IMG/VR virus record: IMGVR_UViG_3300043105_000228
Origin: an uncultured virus (IMG/VR IMGVR_UViG_3300043105_000228)
Lineage: Duplodnaviria; Heunggongvirae; Uroviricota; Caudoviricetes
DNA: 64,000 bases
Reading direction: 5' to 3' (one strand)
The notes under the pieces are model-generated. The model searched no databases and had not been told where the DNA came from. It saw only the letters and a program-made list of their open reading frames with translations. How positions within the stretch are numbered: the stretch's first letter is position 1; every line of letters begins with the position of its first letter. Positions 18,360 to 27,962 of the stretch are shown one piece after another. A program made the translations under genes and the position numbers.

Positions 18360-19668
18360 AATCAAGGTTGTTAATATTCTTTATTAAGTCATTTACATAT
18401 AAGGTATTTACTGTAACGATTACAGTATAAGTATCAAATCCCCATTCTGCATTATGGAACTGAACTACATTCTTAGAATAATCTATATCATAATCAGCTC
18501 CTTCAATAAGAAGAGTTCCCATCCTTCTAACCTTAATATCAAGGAAAATTCTCACTGAAATACCTTTTTGAATATGGTATGCAATCACTTCTCGTACTTT
18601 AGCTTGTACAAGATTGCTATAGTCCACAGTATCATTCTTCTTTTCTAGAATAAAACTGCAATGACCATAAACTTGCCATCCCGGAGCAAGATTTAAATCC
18701 TCTAATACGAATACATCAGCAAATGTAGGTATGAGGGTGGAATCTTCAGGGACAATTGTTGGCATGCTGGATAGCTTTTCTGACATTAGATAAAGTAATG
18801 CAGGAGACCAGAATTCCAATCTTAAACTAAAGCTGATAGTATAATTGGTCATAATGTGATTTACGTTATCACCAGTATTTCTATCAAGATTAGTAAGAGT
18901 AGCAATCATATTATCCTTATAATATCTATAGAATTCTTCTTTTCCTGTGCTACCAGTAAGCTTATAAGTTACAGGATAGCACGAATGAGCATTCATATAG
19001 TTAAGGAAATCAGTTACTGTATTATCATATTTATTATGAATTGGGATTCCTGATACGTCAGAAAGCATCTTCATTAAATCAATCGATAAATATGCTTCTA
19101 GCCATGTATTAATGTCAAAAGGTGTTTCCCAATCTAGCTGAGCCATAAGATAGTCCATATAGTTAAGCTGTTCCATCATTGTATTAAATGATAGAACGAC
19201 ATCAATATACATGCATCTTCTAGCCAGTGTATAATACATAGATACGCCTCTTTCACCATCATAAAAGAATGGTTGCAAATCTACAACACCATTAGTTCCT
19301 GTTGTATAAATTCCACCTCGTTTCTCTGTAATAAGAGTATGCTTTAAGAATGTATCTTCACCATATTCTATACGAGGACTAAAAATTATCATTGGTCGTT
19401 GTTTCTTTATATGCTGTTGTGGGGTTCTTACGAGCTGACTATGGGCTATTCTTGAACTTACATGAATAGTCTTAAACATGCTATCAGCTCTTCCATGGTC
19501 AAATATATTTAATATCCAATGCTGTGCTGTAGCTAATACGTTGCCATATGTATGGGCTGTACTTGAAAGAGCATTTACATATTTTGGAGATAATCGCTCA
19601 TAATGAGAAAATTCATTATCATTGGTTTGCTCGACTTCGTCAAAGCAACCGTCAAATAAATTAGGCAT
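18358..19668 (-). CDS. ~436-aa putative virion structural protein
   Basis: Start moved to the ATG at 19668 (MPNLFDG) after SD AAAGGAGG; no recognisable catalytic motif. Confidence 0.7.
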   Translation of the reverse strand: MPNLFDGCFDEVEQTNDNEFSHYERLSPKYVNALSSTAHTYGNVLATAQHWILNIFDHGRADSMFKTIHVSSRIAHSQLVRTPQQHIKKQRPMIIFSPRIEYGEDTFLKHTLITEKRGGIYTTGTNGVVDLQPFFYDGERGVSMYYTLARRCMYIDVVLSFNTMMEQLNYMDYLMAQLDWETPFDINTWLEAYLSIDLMKMLSDVSGIPIHNKYDNTVTDFLNYMNAHSCYPVTYKLTGSTGKEEFYRYYKDNMIATLTNLDRNTGDNVNHIMTNYTISFSLRLEFWSPALLYLMSEKLSSMPTIVPEDSTLIPTFADVFVLEDLNLAPGWQVYGHCSFILEKKNDTVDYSNLVQAKVREVIAYHIQKGISVRIFLDIKVRRMGTLLIEGADYDIDYSKNVVQFHNAEWGFDTYTVIVTVNTLYVNDLIKNINNLD

Positions 19669-19716
19669 CTTTAATTCCTCCTTTCGTTTAATAAGGTGTG
19701 CTTCAAATTTAGCCTT

Positions 19717-19872
19717 AAAAGACCACCTTGCCATTGTAAACAAGGTGGTCGGATTGAAGGTTTTCCATAAGTCCTACTAAAAATCCTATGTAGGTACTTC
19801 TAAATGAGTAATGATGAAAGTACTCATTTATAGATGAGAGAAGAGGGTAGGCGTGTACATACTTACCCTCTT
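19717..19872 (-). ncRNA. Candidate small RNA B (~156 nt)
   Basis: Promoter AACT-TAATGA-TA (19883..19872), three hairpins, terminator GACCACCTTG/CAAGGTGGTC-TTTT. Confidence 0.5.
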
Positions 19873-19906
19873 ATCATTAAGTTATAATGCAGATAAAAAA
19901 TAATCA

Positions 19907-20012
19907 GTAGAAAACCCCTTTGCTAATTAGGAAAAGCAAAGGGGTTCTACAATGGATCCATTAACGATATTAAATTGTAACCAGAGGATTTCCAAGGCAT
20001 AAGGGTTCCTCT
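19907..20012 (-). ncRNA. Candidate small RNA C (~105 nt)
   Basis: Promoter AACG-ATATTA-TA (20023..20012), 5' hairpin AGAGGA/TCCTCT, terminator AACCCCTTTGCT/AGCAAAGGGGTT-TT. Confidence 0.45.
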
Positions 20013-20032
20013 ATAATATCGTTTTAAGGGAT

Positions 20033-21643
20033 TTATTCTTCAACAGGTGCTTCTTCTGTTGTATCTTCTACAGCAGGAGTTTCTGTTATAGATACAATAC
20101 TAAATGGTGCAACTTCAACTTCTGGTTCCTCTTCTGAAACCTTTTCAGGAGAAACTGGTGTTATGTATGAAGCACTCTCAATCTTTGTACCTGTAGGGTC
20201 TGTCTGCACATATAAAATGTCAGGTGCCTCGTCTGTTTCAATTTCTGCAGCTTTAACTTCTGCAGCTTCTGCAGCACTAGTAGACTCAGCAATTAACGCA
20301 ACTTCAGTATTTACTTCAGCTGTTTTAGCTATATCTTCCTCAGCCTTCTCAATTGCTTCTTCCATCAGCTTTTTATCTTCTTTAGCCTGTTCTAATCCTT
20401 TGATGAATTCGACAAGTTCCTGATTAGACATAGCATCAATCTTGTCTATCTTCTCCTGAGTATCCATCTCTTCTGGATAATCTGTCTCGATTACCTTAAG
20501 ATACTTAGAACGCTTCATAGCTGAAATCTCGGCATCCTTCTTAATTCTGTATGGGTGGTTTGGCTGCAAAATATTCTCACTCTCAAATAACGCCCTATAA
20601 TCTGCAAAATTATCAAGGAAACCTTTCATAGAATCTATAAATGTCTGCCTTGTCTCGTCATCATAGAACTTGTTGTATACAAGGTTAATCATATTCCTGA
20701 ATACCTGTTTAATCTCATTTCTATTCTTGCTATCAGTATGACCTGTTGCTCTCATAACATAGAAGAGATAGAAGTTGTTGAATACGCTGTATTCCTCAGG
20801 AAGATAATTCTCCTCAAGATTAACAAGATGATTGAGAATGGATACATCGAGATGCCATGACTTGCATTTATCTCTAAATCTGTTAGTAACATAAGCTGAT
20901 ACTGAATTTGAGAAGAATGCATTAACAACTGCCTGTATCTCCTTATCACGAGTCTTTTCATCATTAATTCTATCATAGAGATAGTTAACAGTGAAACGCT
21001 CCTTGATAACTCTGATTTCTCTTTCTTTTCTTGCTATTGTAGATGGGAGACCGTTTGCTGATATAAGAGACTCGACATCTTTTTGTAGCTTCTCTATTCT
21101 AGCAACCTTCTCATCATCATATTCTTTACTTGTAAGTCTTTCTGCCTCAGATGTTCTGAGCTCTTCGTACTCTTTCTCAAGGCTCTCCATTTGCTCTCTG
21201 ACGTCAAGAATACTCTTCCAGTTCTCACAAGCCTTAAGAACAAATTCTGCTACCATCTTGCTCTGCTCATTTCCGGTCTCATCAGTTTCAAATTCCTCAA
21301 TATGAGAATCTGTAGCCGCTGTAGCAAATTTTGAATATAGCTGACCTAAGAATGTAATATAGTCTTCATCATTTATATCAGTATCTGTACTTGCTGATGC
21401 TAAATGATATGCCGTGAACTCCTTGTAAACTGATTCAAATGCCTCGATATCAATCTCTTTTTCTTTAAACCAGTCCATTGTCATATCCTGCTGGGTCTTT
21501 GACAACTCTATTGCAGTATCAAGTGTACTACGAACAGATGAAAGCCCATCATTTGGTCCCTTTTCAATATGCTCTGGAAGATGCTGTCTTAAGGGCATAT
21601 TTACTATGGTTTTCTTTTTCTTAGTCTTTTTTGATTTACTCAT
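20033..21643 (-). CDS. 536-aa hypothetical coiled-coil protein with acidic C-terminal tail
   Basis: Long ORF, SD AAGGAG. Confidence 0.75.
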   Translation of the reverse strand: MSKSKKTKKKKTIVNMPLRQHLPEHIEKGPNDGLSSVRSTLDTAIELSKTQQDMTMDWFKEKEIDIEAFESVYKEFTAYHLASASTDTDINDEDYITFLGQLYSKFATAATDSHIEEFETDETGNEQSKMVAEFVLKACENWKSILDVREQMESLEKEYEELRTSEAERLTSKEYDDEKVARIEKLQKDVESLISANGLPSTIARKEREIRVIKERFTVNYLYDRINDEKTRDKEIQAVVNAFFSNSVSAYVTNRFRDKCKSWHLDVSILNHLVNLEENYLPEEYSVFNNFYLFYVMRATGHTDSKNRNEIKQVFRNMINLVYNKFYDDETRQTFIDSMKGFLDNFADYRALFESENILQPNHPYRIKKDAEISAMKRSKYLKVIETDYPEEMDTQEKIDKIDAMSNQELVEFIKGLEQAKEDKKLMEEAIEKAEEDIAKTAEVNTEVALIAESTSAAEAAEVKAAEIETDEAPDILYVQTDPTGTKIESASYITPVSPEKVSEEEPEVEVAPFSIVSITETPAVEDTTEEAPVEE

Positions 21644-21661
21644 TTTTGATTCTCCTTAACT

Positions 21662-22645
21662 TTATAAACTTATTAATTTAGCCTTATCTATAAGAGTAAG
21701 TATCTGATTGTAAATATCATGATATGGTTTTGGCATTGCTTCAACACCAAGAACTGCTAGTGTATTTGGAGTAATATTAACCTTTACTGCTACATCCAAC
21801 TTGTAGTCATCTGGTAGCATGTATAATCTGGTAAGTATCATATCACCAGCATCCTCATCATCCTTCATAGGGAATTTTGCATAAGGATTAATAGCATCAT
21901 GTGCTGTAATAGTTACTGATGTAGGGCGAGCTAATTCCATCTCTATGTATTCTCTAAGGGTTACATTGCAGATGAATACTGCTGAATAGAATACTACTTT
22001 AAACTGACTTTCACCAGCATTTATTTTCTTAAAAGTAGCCATATCTTCTCTAAGTTTCTTTGTATCGGGTTCATCCATATCAAGTGTAACTACACTATTT
22101 GAAAGATACCTGAGTGCTGGAAGACCATTTGAAGACTCGAATCTTGTTTTATAGATAGGGTCACTCTTTACCATATCTCTTTCATCATTAATCATTGTAT
22201 AGATATCACTGTAGATAGAATTCATTAAATGATTAATGACTATATGATTACCATTAATAACGGTATCACCATTCTCATCAGTTGTATATACTTCTGATGG
22301 GTTTAAGCCTGTTAATGCAAATAAACTTGCACCTGTAAATACTCCTGTACACTCATAAAGAGTTTTACCAATTGGAGTGTAGTCGATTTTATCTAATGAT
22401 ACTAACTGTTGTAATCTACCTTCAAGAACCTCTGAGAGTTCATCATCAGTAATCTCTCTGATTCCCATAATTGCTAGATTAGTTGTACCAATCATTCCGA
22501 CTAATTTAAGAATTTCAAATGGATGTAACTCCATGTCAATTCTAATGCAACCAATAGCTGCACGTTTTTGAAGTTCTTGTGTAATGATGTTGTCATCCTT
22601 TGTAATTAAATTACTAGGAGTCATTGTAATATTTTCAAACTTCAT
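21662..22645 (-). CDS. 327-aa hypothetical protein
   Basis: Long ORF in a minus-strand operon. Confidence 0.7.
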   Translation of the reverse strand: MKFENITMTPSNLITKDDNIITQELQKRAAIGCIRIDMELHPFEILKLVGMIGTTNLAIMGIREITDDELSEVLEGRLQQLVSLDKIDYTPIGKTLYECTGVFTGASLFALTGLNPSEVYTTDENGDTVINGNHIVINHLMNSIYSDIYTMINDERDMVKSDPIYKTRFESSNGLPALRYLSNSVVTLDMDEPDTKKLREDMATFKKINAGESQFKVVFYSAVFICNVTLREYIEMELARPTSVTITAHDAINPYAKFPMKDDEDAGDMILTRLYMLPDDYKLDVAVKVNITPNTLAVLGVEAMPKPYHDIYNQILTLIDKAKLISL

Positions 22646-22654
22646 TCTGGTTAC

Positions 22655-22822
22655 CTACCTTTCTGTAATATTTCTTGAGCAATATACCATACCCTCATCA
22701 CTATCGTACGTCTTATGAGGGCATCCGTCACATTTTTTAAGAGGAAACTCCTCTGAAATCTGTTTAGTAGTATAATTCTGTAAGCAGTTATTATCTGCTG
22801 ATACATTAACTTGTTCTGCCAT
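22655..22822 (-). CDS. ~55-aa Cys-rich small protein (C...CxxC...C, possible metal binding)
   Basis: Start at the ATG 22822 after GTGGGGA; CDGCPH and YCSR motifs. Confidence 0.5.
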   Translation of the reverse strand: MAEQVNVSADNNCLQNYTTKQISEEFPLKKCDGCPHKTYDSDEGMVYCSRNITER

Positions 22823-22923
22823 TGAATTTATCCCCACTTTCATTATATTTTTACTGATATAAATTTGTAGCAATGATAATCAAATCGAACAAAGTAGTAA
22901 GATGAAGGAAAGGAGTGATTTAT

Positions 22924-23253
22924 ATGAAAAAAGCTATAGACTTCATTAAGCGTATCGAATGGGATAAAATTTCGGTTGCTACTTACGTAAGATATATTCT
23001 CATGATTATATCTGTAATCAACATTATCATTACAAGACTTGGATGCAATCCAATCGAGGTAAGTGAGACAGAATTATACCAGACAGTGTCTGATATCATT
23101 ACTGTAGTAGTATTGATTGTGAACACATGGTGCAACAACTCAGTTTCGCCTGAGGCAATCGCAGCAGATGCTGCACTGTTGGCTTCTAAGTGTTTAAACA
23201 ACGACGCTGCAACAGATACAGAATCAGAAGATACAACTGAATCTGACAAATAA
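22924..23253 (+). CDS. SPP1-family phage holin
   Basis: ATYVRYILMIISVIN...GCNPI...VSDIITVV...WCNNSVSPEA matches the two-helix SPP1 holin pattern (T.VR...N...P...W.NN); late promoter AACA-AAGTAG-TA at 22888-22899. Confidence 0.8.
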   Translation: MKKAIDFIKRIEWDKISVATYVRYILMIISVINIIITRLGCNPIEVSETELYQTVSDIITVVVLIVNTWCNNSVSPEAIAADAALLASKCLNNDAATDTESEDTTESDK

Positions 23254-23266
23254 ATCCCAAACGATA

Positions 23267-23308
23267 AAAAATCCCTGAGGTTATTATTTTAAACCTCAGG
23301 GATTTTTA
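23267..23308. terminator. Bidirectional terminator
   Basis: AAAAATCCCTGAGGTTT/AAACCTCAGGGATTTTT. Confidence 0.8.
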
Positions 23309-23317
23309 ATTCGTATT

Positions 23318-23584
23318 TTAATCAGATTCCAATCGTTTAACAGGATAAAGAACCATTAATCTGATAAATCCATTAGTATCAGGATCTTTCACAAGGTCAT
23401 ACTTGTGAACTGAATATTCTCTATCATTTATTATTATACGAGGGTCTGCTTTTATTTGAAGCTCAATAGAATCATTTCCACTATAGAAATTTTCCCATCT
23501 ATCTCTGTTCTTCATTATGAATTCTGAATTGCATACACAGTCAGTTTTCTCTGCCCATGTTAAGCAAAAACACATATTTTTCAT
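23318..23584 (-). CDS. 88-aa hypothetical, paralog of 23635..24006
   Basis: Shared RWE.F...SI.L.I...PRII..D.EY.V...KD.DT...RLM.LYPVK. Confidence 0.7.
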   Translation of the reverse strand: MKNMCFCLTWAEKTDCVCNSEFIMKNRDRWENFYSGNDSIELQIKADPRIIINDREYSVHKYDLVKDPDTNGFIRLMVLYPVKRLESD

Positions 23585-23634
23585 ACGTATTTTCTCCTTG
23601 CTTTAGTACATCAATATCTTATGAATATCTAGAT

Positions 23635-24006
23635 CTATACTGTAACACTACCAGTATTTGTTATGCTACCATTGCTTTCTACAGTTGCAGTACCTGTTAA
23701 TTCACCACTATTATCGATCTCTGTATCATCTTCAGTAGTTTCAACAACAGGTGTAGGCTTTTTCACTGGATAGAGGAACATCAAACGTGTAGTCTGAGTA
23801 TCACTATCCTTAATGAAGTACTGTCTCTGAACATCATATTCGATATCATCGACAATTATTCTTGGAGTACAGGTGATACCTAAATCAATTGAGCTCTCTT
23901 CAAAGCTGAAGCTTTCCCATCTTGATTTATTTGCTAATACAAATTCCCAGCCACCTTCTCCATTTCTGTATTCGTCCCATGTGGCTCTAAAAATTTTGCC
24001 TATCAT
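23635..24006 (-). CDS. 123-aa hypothetical, paralog of 23318..23584
   Basis: Same shared motif plus a T/E-rich tail. Confidence 0.7.
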   Translation of the reverse strand: MIGKIFRATWDEYRNGEGGWEFVLANKSRWESFSFEESSIDLGITCTPRIIVDDIEYDVQRQYFIKDSDTQTTRLMFLYPVKKPTPVVETTEDDTEIDNSGELTGTATVESNGSITNTGSVTV

Positions 24007-24024
24007 CTAGGATTCCCCTTTCTA

Positions 24025-25587
24025 TTATTCAGTTACTTCTTCTGAAGGCTCAGTTTCAGACTTTGGAGCACTATCTGTATCAGAATCAGAGTTAGGTTCC
24101 TCATCATCTGTTGAAGGCTCTTCTGTGTTATTCTGAGTTTCCTCTACATCACTAGGCTGCTCTGCATTATTCTCAGATGTCTCTTCTGTCTTAGGTTCAG
24201 AATCTTCATCAGATGATTCAGATGGTTCACCTGTTTCCTGCTGTTGCTCATTATCACTATTATCAGAAGGAGTTGTTGTAGACTCTGGATTCTCCTGAAC
24301 TGGATCTGTGGTCTCATCGGTTGTTGTACCAGCATCTTCCTTATTTTCATTTGATACTTCTGGCTGCTCAGTTTCATTAGAAGTTTCCTCCTTGTTATCA
24401 ACTGATGCTTCAGGTGTTTTCTCTTCCTCTTCACCATCTGTACTTGGTGTAACTGTCTCAGAAGGAGTAGAAGGAGTTACATCCTTATCATCTCCTGCTA
24501 ATTCGCTATCACTTGTACTTGGTTCTTCTGTTGATGTCTTCTCGTCATCAACATCTGTTTCAGGTGGAGTAACATCATTATCATCACCATTGATAACATC
24601 TGACGTTGTCTTATCATCAGATGGTATAGTTGGAGTACTAGAAGTTGCATTATCTATCTCTTCCTGATTTCCGTTAAGAATATCACTTATCTCATCACTT
24701 GATACAAGGATTGGAAGAAGTGACATGATAGAAAATCCAAGTGTAACTTTTACTGGTGCATATGAAATATTTGCAGAATATACAGCACCATCTATCAAAG
24801 CTGCAGTATCATAAATCACAATAACATCGGATGGAGATACAGATACATCCTGAGGGATGTAAGATACAGCTGCAACTGATGGATGAAGTGGTCTGATTCC
24901 AACAGCAGGGTCGCATGTATTTACAGTTCTCATTCCATATGGTAATCCCCATGCTCTATCTGCATCTGAACCGTATACGGTTATTGGTGCCTGATAGTCA
25001 AACTTACTTCCTCTAGAGTATGGTCTATGAAGTGGTTTAACTGACCATGCTTCCTCTTTTATAGCTGTTATCCAGATTCTCTGGATAGTAAATGTATATG
25101 ACTCTCTGCGATAAGGGTCATTGATTCCATATGGATGCCTTGTTGCATATCTCTGCTCAGCTGTAGTAGAAATCTCCATGCCAAGTCTAGCAACATACTC
25201 ATCTTCACTTGTAATTCCAAGTGGGAAGATGAATGATTTTGGTGATACATCCTTTATGAATGCACCATGGTCAACCATTGTAGCTGACATATTGTCGCGA
25301 AGTGTGTACTCTGCATAAAGTACAAAATGGTCTGAAAGCTTTGTAATTTCAGTTGTCTGTACTTCTTTAAGGAACTGCTTAAATGTATCAGCAAGCTCTT
25401 TATTTGTCTGAGTTTTCTTTGATAACTCACTTCCTTTATGTATATTAATAGCAAGTGACTTATCTTGTAATATTGGTGAGCAAGTAATGCTATCCTGCTC
25501 TTCACCAACTATCTGAGATGCCTGAGTTAATGATAACTTAGGGAGCTCATACGGAGTGTCATTTAAAATTGCATAATAACCTCTCAT
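24025..25587 (-). CDS. 520-aa protein with ~210-aa acidic low-complexity C-terminus
   Basis: Folded N-terminal ~305 aa, then E/D/S/T/P-rich tail; SD AAAGGAG overlaps the rusA end. Confidence 0.75.
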   Translation of the reverse strand: MRGYYAILNDTPYELPKLSLTQASQIVGEEQDSITCSPILQDKSLAINIHKGSELSKKTQTNKELADTFKQFLKEVQTTEITKLSDHFVLYAEYTLRDNMSATMVDHGAFIKDVSPKSFIFPLGITSEDEYVARLGMEISTTAEQRYATRHPYGINDPYRRESYTFTIQRIWITAIKEEAWSVKPLHRPYSRGSKFDYQAPITVYGSDADRAWGLPYGMRTVNTCDPAVGIRPLHPSVAAVSYIPQDVSVSPSDVIVIYDTAALIDGAVYSANISYAPVKVTLGFSIMSLLPILVSSDEISDILNGNQEEIDNATSSTPTIPSDDKTTSDVINGDDNDVTPPETDVDDEKTSTEEPSTSDSELAGDDKDVTPSTPSETVTPSTDGEEEEKTPEASVDNKEETSNETEQPEVSNENKEDAGTTTDETTDPVQENPESTTTPSDNSDNEQQQETGEPSESSDEDSEPKTEETSENNAEQPSDVEETQNNTEEPSTDDEEPNSDSDTDSAPKSETEPSEEVTE

Positions 25588-25593
25588 TAGTCA

Positions 25594-26193
25594 TTATTCT
25601 CCTTTCACTTTCTTTTTATTAAACTCCGAATCAAATTCTTCCATATAACTTATGGTGATTTCAACTCGTGGTTTTACTGAATAAAATTTTCTAGACGTTC
25701 CTTCAATAACATAAGCATCATCTTCTAGTATGGTACCTTGTATCATATCCGTATACGTCTTTACCAGATTATCAAAATCTGGTTTTACTAGTGGACGAAT
25801 ATAACCTAATTCTGCAATTATCATCTCATATCGTTTCATAGTAGATGGTATAGGCAGATATGAATTACAGCTTATCTTACAAGCTGTACAAATCTTAGGT
25901 TGTTCGTCTAATTCTTTATAGAACTCTTTAAAGAATTTCTTATTATCAGAAGCTCCTTTTACATAGAAGTGATTACCATGTCCTAAACGCGGTCTAGGAC
26001 TTCCTTTAGGTACGACATATATAGTGAAAGAAATTGACTTCCATTTTATTTTTCGTATCCTATCTATAGCAGCTCCTATATTTACTCCGACTCCTCTTTT
26101 ACCTACAGTATTTGCAAGTACGAAGTCTAATCGTTCTGATAAATCTTTTGGAATATCTCCATATTTTAGTTCATATTCGTCATTAAAAGCCAT
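25594..26193 (-). CDS. rusA: RusA-family Holliday junction resolvase
   Basis: PKGSPRPR, KPDFDNLVK...D, EDDAYV, KFYS.KPRVEITI. Confidence 0.85.
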   Translation of the reverse strand: MAFNDEYELKYGDIPKDLSERLDFVLANTVGKRGVGVNIGAAIDRIRKIKWKSISFTIYVVPKGSPRPRLGHGNHFYVKGASDNKKFFKEFYKELDEQPKICTACKISCNSYLPIPSTMKRYEMIIAELGYIRPLVKPDFDNLVKTYTDMIQGTILEDDAYVIEGTSRKFYSVKPRVEITISYMEEFDSEFNKKKVKGE

Positions 26194-26218
26194 ATTATTT
26201 TTGTCCTTTCAGTGTTAT

Positions 26219-27865
26219 TTATAGTCCAGTAAAACTAGCAATTGCACGGTTAAAGCTTTCAGTAACTTTACCCATTACATTGGATGGGATATCTGTAAAG
26301 CTTGTAGTAGCATTATTCCATAATACGGTTGCTTTAGTTGCAAGATTTGAATCAACTAAATCAAGTCCACAAGAAGTTGCTAAGAACTCCAGCAATGGGC
26401 TGTTATTTGCAAATGCCACAGTATCATTTGGTGGTGTTAATGCCACATCTGTATATAAATCGGCAATTGACATTCTTACAGTTATCTCCATTGGAGTTGT
26501 ATCAATATTAAAAGCATCTTCGTTACTTGCTCTTTCTATTGTAATATCCTGCACAATGCCCATATTACATGTCCACTCACCTCTCTTGTATACTTTAACA
26601 AGTGGCGGCGATGCATAAGCATTTGCAGATGTGCCTCTTGGATATGCTAGTGCAACACAATGAAGCATTGGGACAATGCAATCTACATAATTGGATACTC
26701 GGTTTCCATAAGGAGATTTGAAGTTAAATGTTAATTCATATGATTTACTATTTTGAGAGCCTGACCAGATGTCTGGCATCATAATATTCTCACCTTTTAG
26801 TACTGATTTACCTGCACTAAGAAGATTAGATAAAATTCCACTAAGACCATTTGCATTGGCATTCTCAGATACGCTACTGGTAATTAAGTCACTTAAATCA
26901 GTAATAGCTGATTCTCCTAAACTACCAAAGTCAGTAGTAGAAAGACCTGATGAATTAGCCATAAATGCAACCTCACGCATAGCACTTGAACCTGTGTCAA
27001 GCATCTGCTTAATAGAAGATTGCGAGGTGTTGTTATTTAAAGTCTCAGAGGATCTACTTGTATCCGCATCTACATAAAACTGAAGATAGTTAGTAGTACC
27101 AAGTAAGTTCTCAGCACTATCAAGTTCAGTATTAGTACGGAGTGCATTAGGGTCAGTTAAATCAACTTTACTTCCTGTAATAGATGATACGACTGCTAAT
27201 CCTACACTCTGTAATGTAGATCTATAGTTTTGATTATTCCATCTATAATTCTTCCAATCATATTTTAAGAAATTAACCGTTTCTCCATTTATCTGGTATC
27301 CTGTACCAGAAGATAATTCCAAGAATCCAGCTGCAGCTCTACATAAGTTATTAGCATACATAAAATATTTAGTGTACGCACTTTGAAATTCATATAGACG
27401 AATTTCATCTACACTAGTATTTTTAAGTGCAGTTTTTATTTCGCTAAATGAACCACTGGATGCAGCAAGAAGTGCATTTGTCCAACCTGTTTTATCTTTA
27501 ACACCGGGTAGATATCTAGGTTCACCCGGAATTATTGTAACGGTGGCTGAATCCATGATGATGTTATCAATAAATTTTCTACCAACTTTATTAGATACAC
27601 CAGCTGTGCGATGATCTGCAGATGATAGAAATTGATATGGTAACCCAAATAATTGCATACCAACATTAAGCGTTTCTCCACTATCACTACTACTTGCACC
27701 AAGTATATTATCAGCATCAACTGTCTTAGTAGTACTAACCGTTTTGGTAGTCGTAGAACTAGCAGCTTTAGCTATAACTGAGCGTGAATCCACAATATTA
27801 GTGGTCATGGTAGTTTCAGTAATGGTATTACTAGTGGTATCCAAATTACCTGAATAATTTGCCAT
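26219..27865 (-). CDS. Putative baseplate / tail-tube initiator protein (T4 gp48-like C-terminal domain)
   Basis: YELTFNFKSP...PPLVKV...IVQDITIER...PMEITVRMSIADL resembles tube-fold baseplate proteins; late promoter AACA-CAGCTT-TA at 27907..27896; start moved to 27865. Confidence 0.5.
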   Translation of the reverse strand: MANYSGNLDTTSNTITETTMTTNIVDSRSVIAKAASSTTTKTVSTTKTVDADNILGASSSDSGETLNVGMQLFGLPYQFLSSADHRTAGVSNKVGRKFIDNIIMDSATVTIIPGEPRYLPGVKDKTGWTNALLAASSGSFSEIKTALKNTSVDEIRLYEFQSAYTKYFMYANNLCRAAAGFLELSSGTGYQINGETVNFLKYDWKNYRWNNQNYRSTLQSVGLAVVSSITGSKVDLTDPNALRTNTELDSAENLLGTTNYLQFYVDADTSRSSETLNNNTSQSSIKQMLDTGSSAMREVAFMANSSGLSTTDFGSLGESAITDLSDLITSSVSENANANGLSGILSNLLSAGKSVLKGENIMMPDIWSGSQNSKSYELTFNFKSPYGNRVSNYVDCIVPMLHCVALAYPRGTSANAYASPPLVKVYKRGEWTCNMGIVQDITIERASNEDAFNIDTTPMEITVRMSIADLYTDVALTPPNDTVAFANNSPLLEFLATSCGLDLVDSNLATKATVLWNNATTSFTDIPSNVMGKVTESFNRAIASFTGL

Positions 27866-27962
27866 GATTAGCCCTCCTTTCTTATTTACTTGCTTTAAAG
27901 CTGTGTTTTTTGACAGTAAAAGAAGCAAGAAGTATTACTACCTCTTGCCTCTATATTAAATA

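Noticed and set aside
21662..22645. Possible second, degenerate ThyX
   Set aside because: Only a vague NVTLREY resemblance; RHR and SxRY motifs absent.
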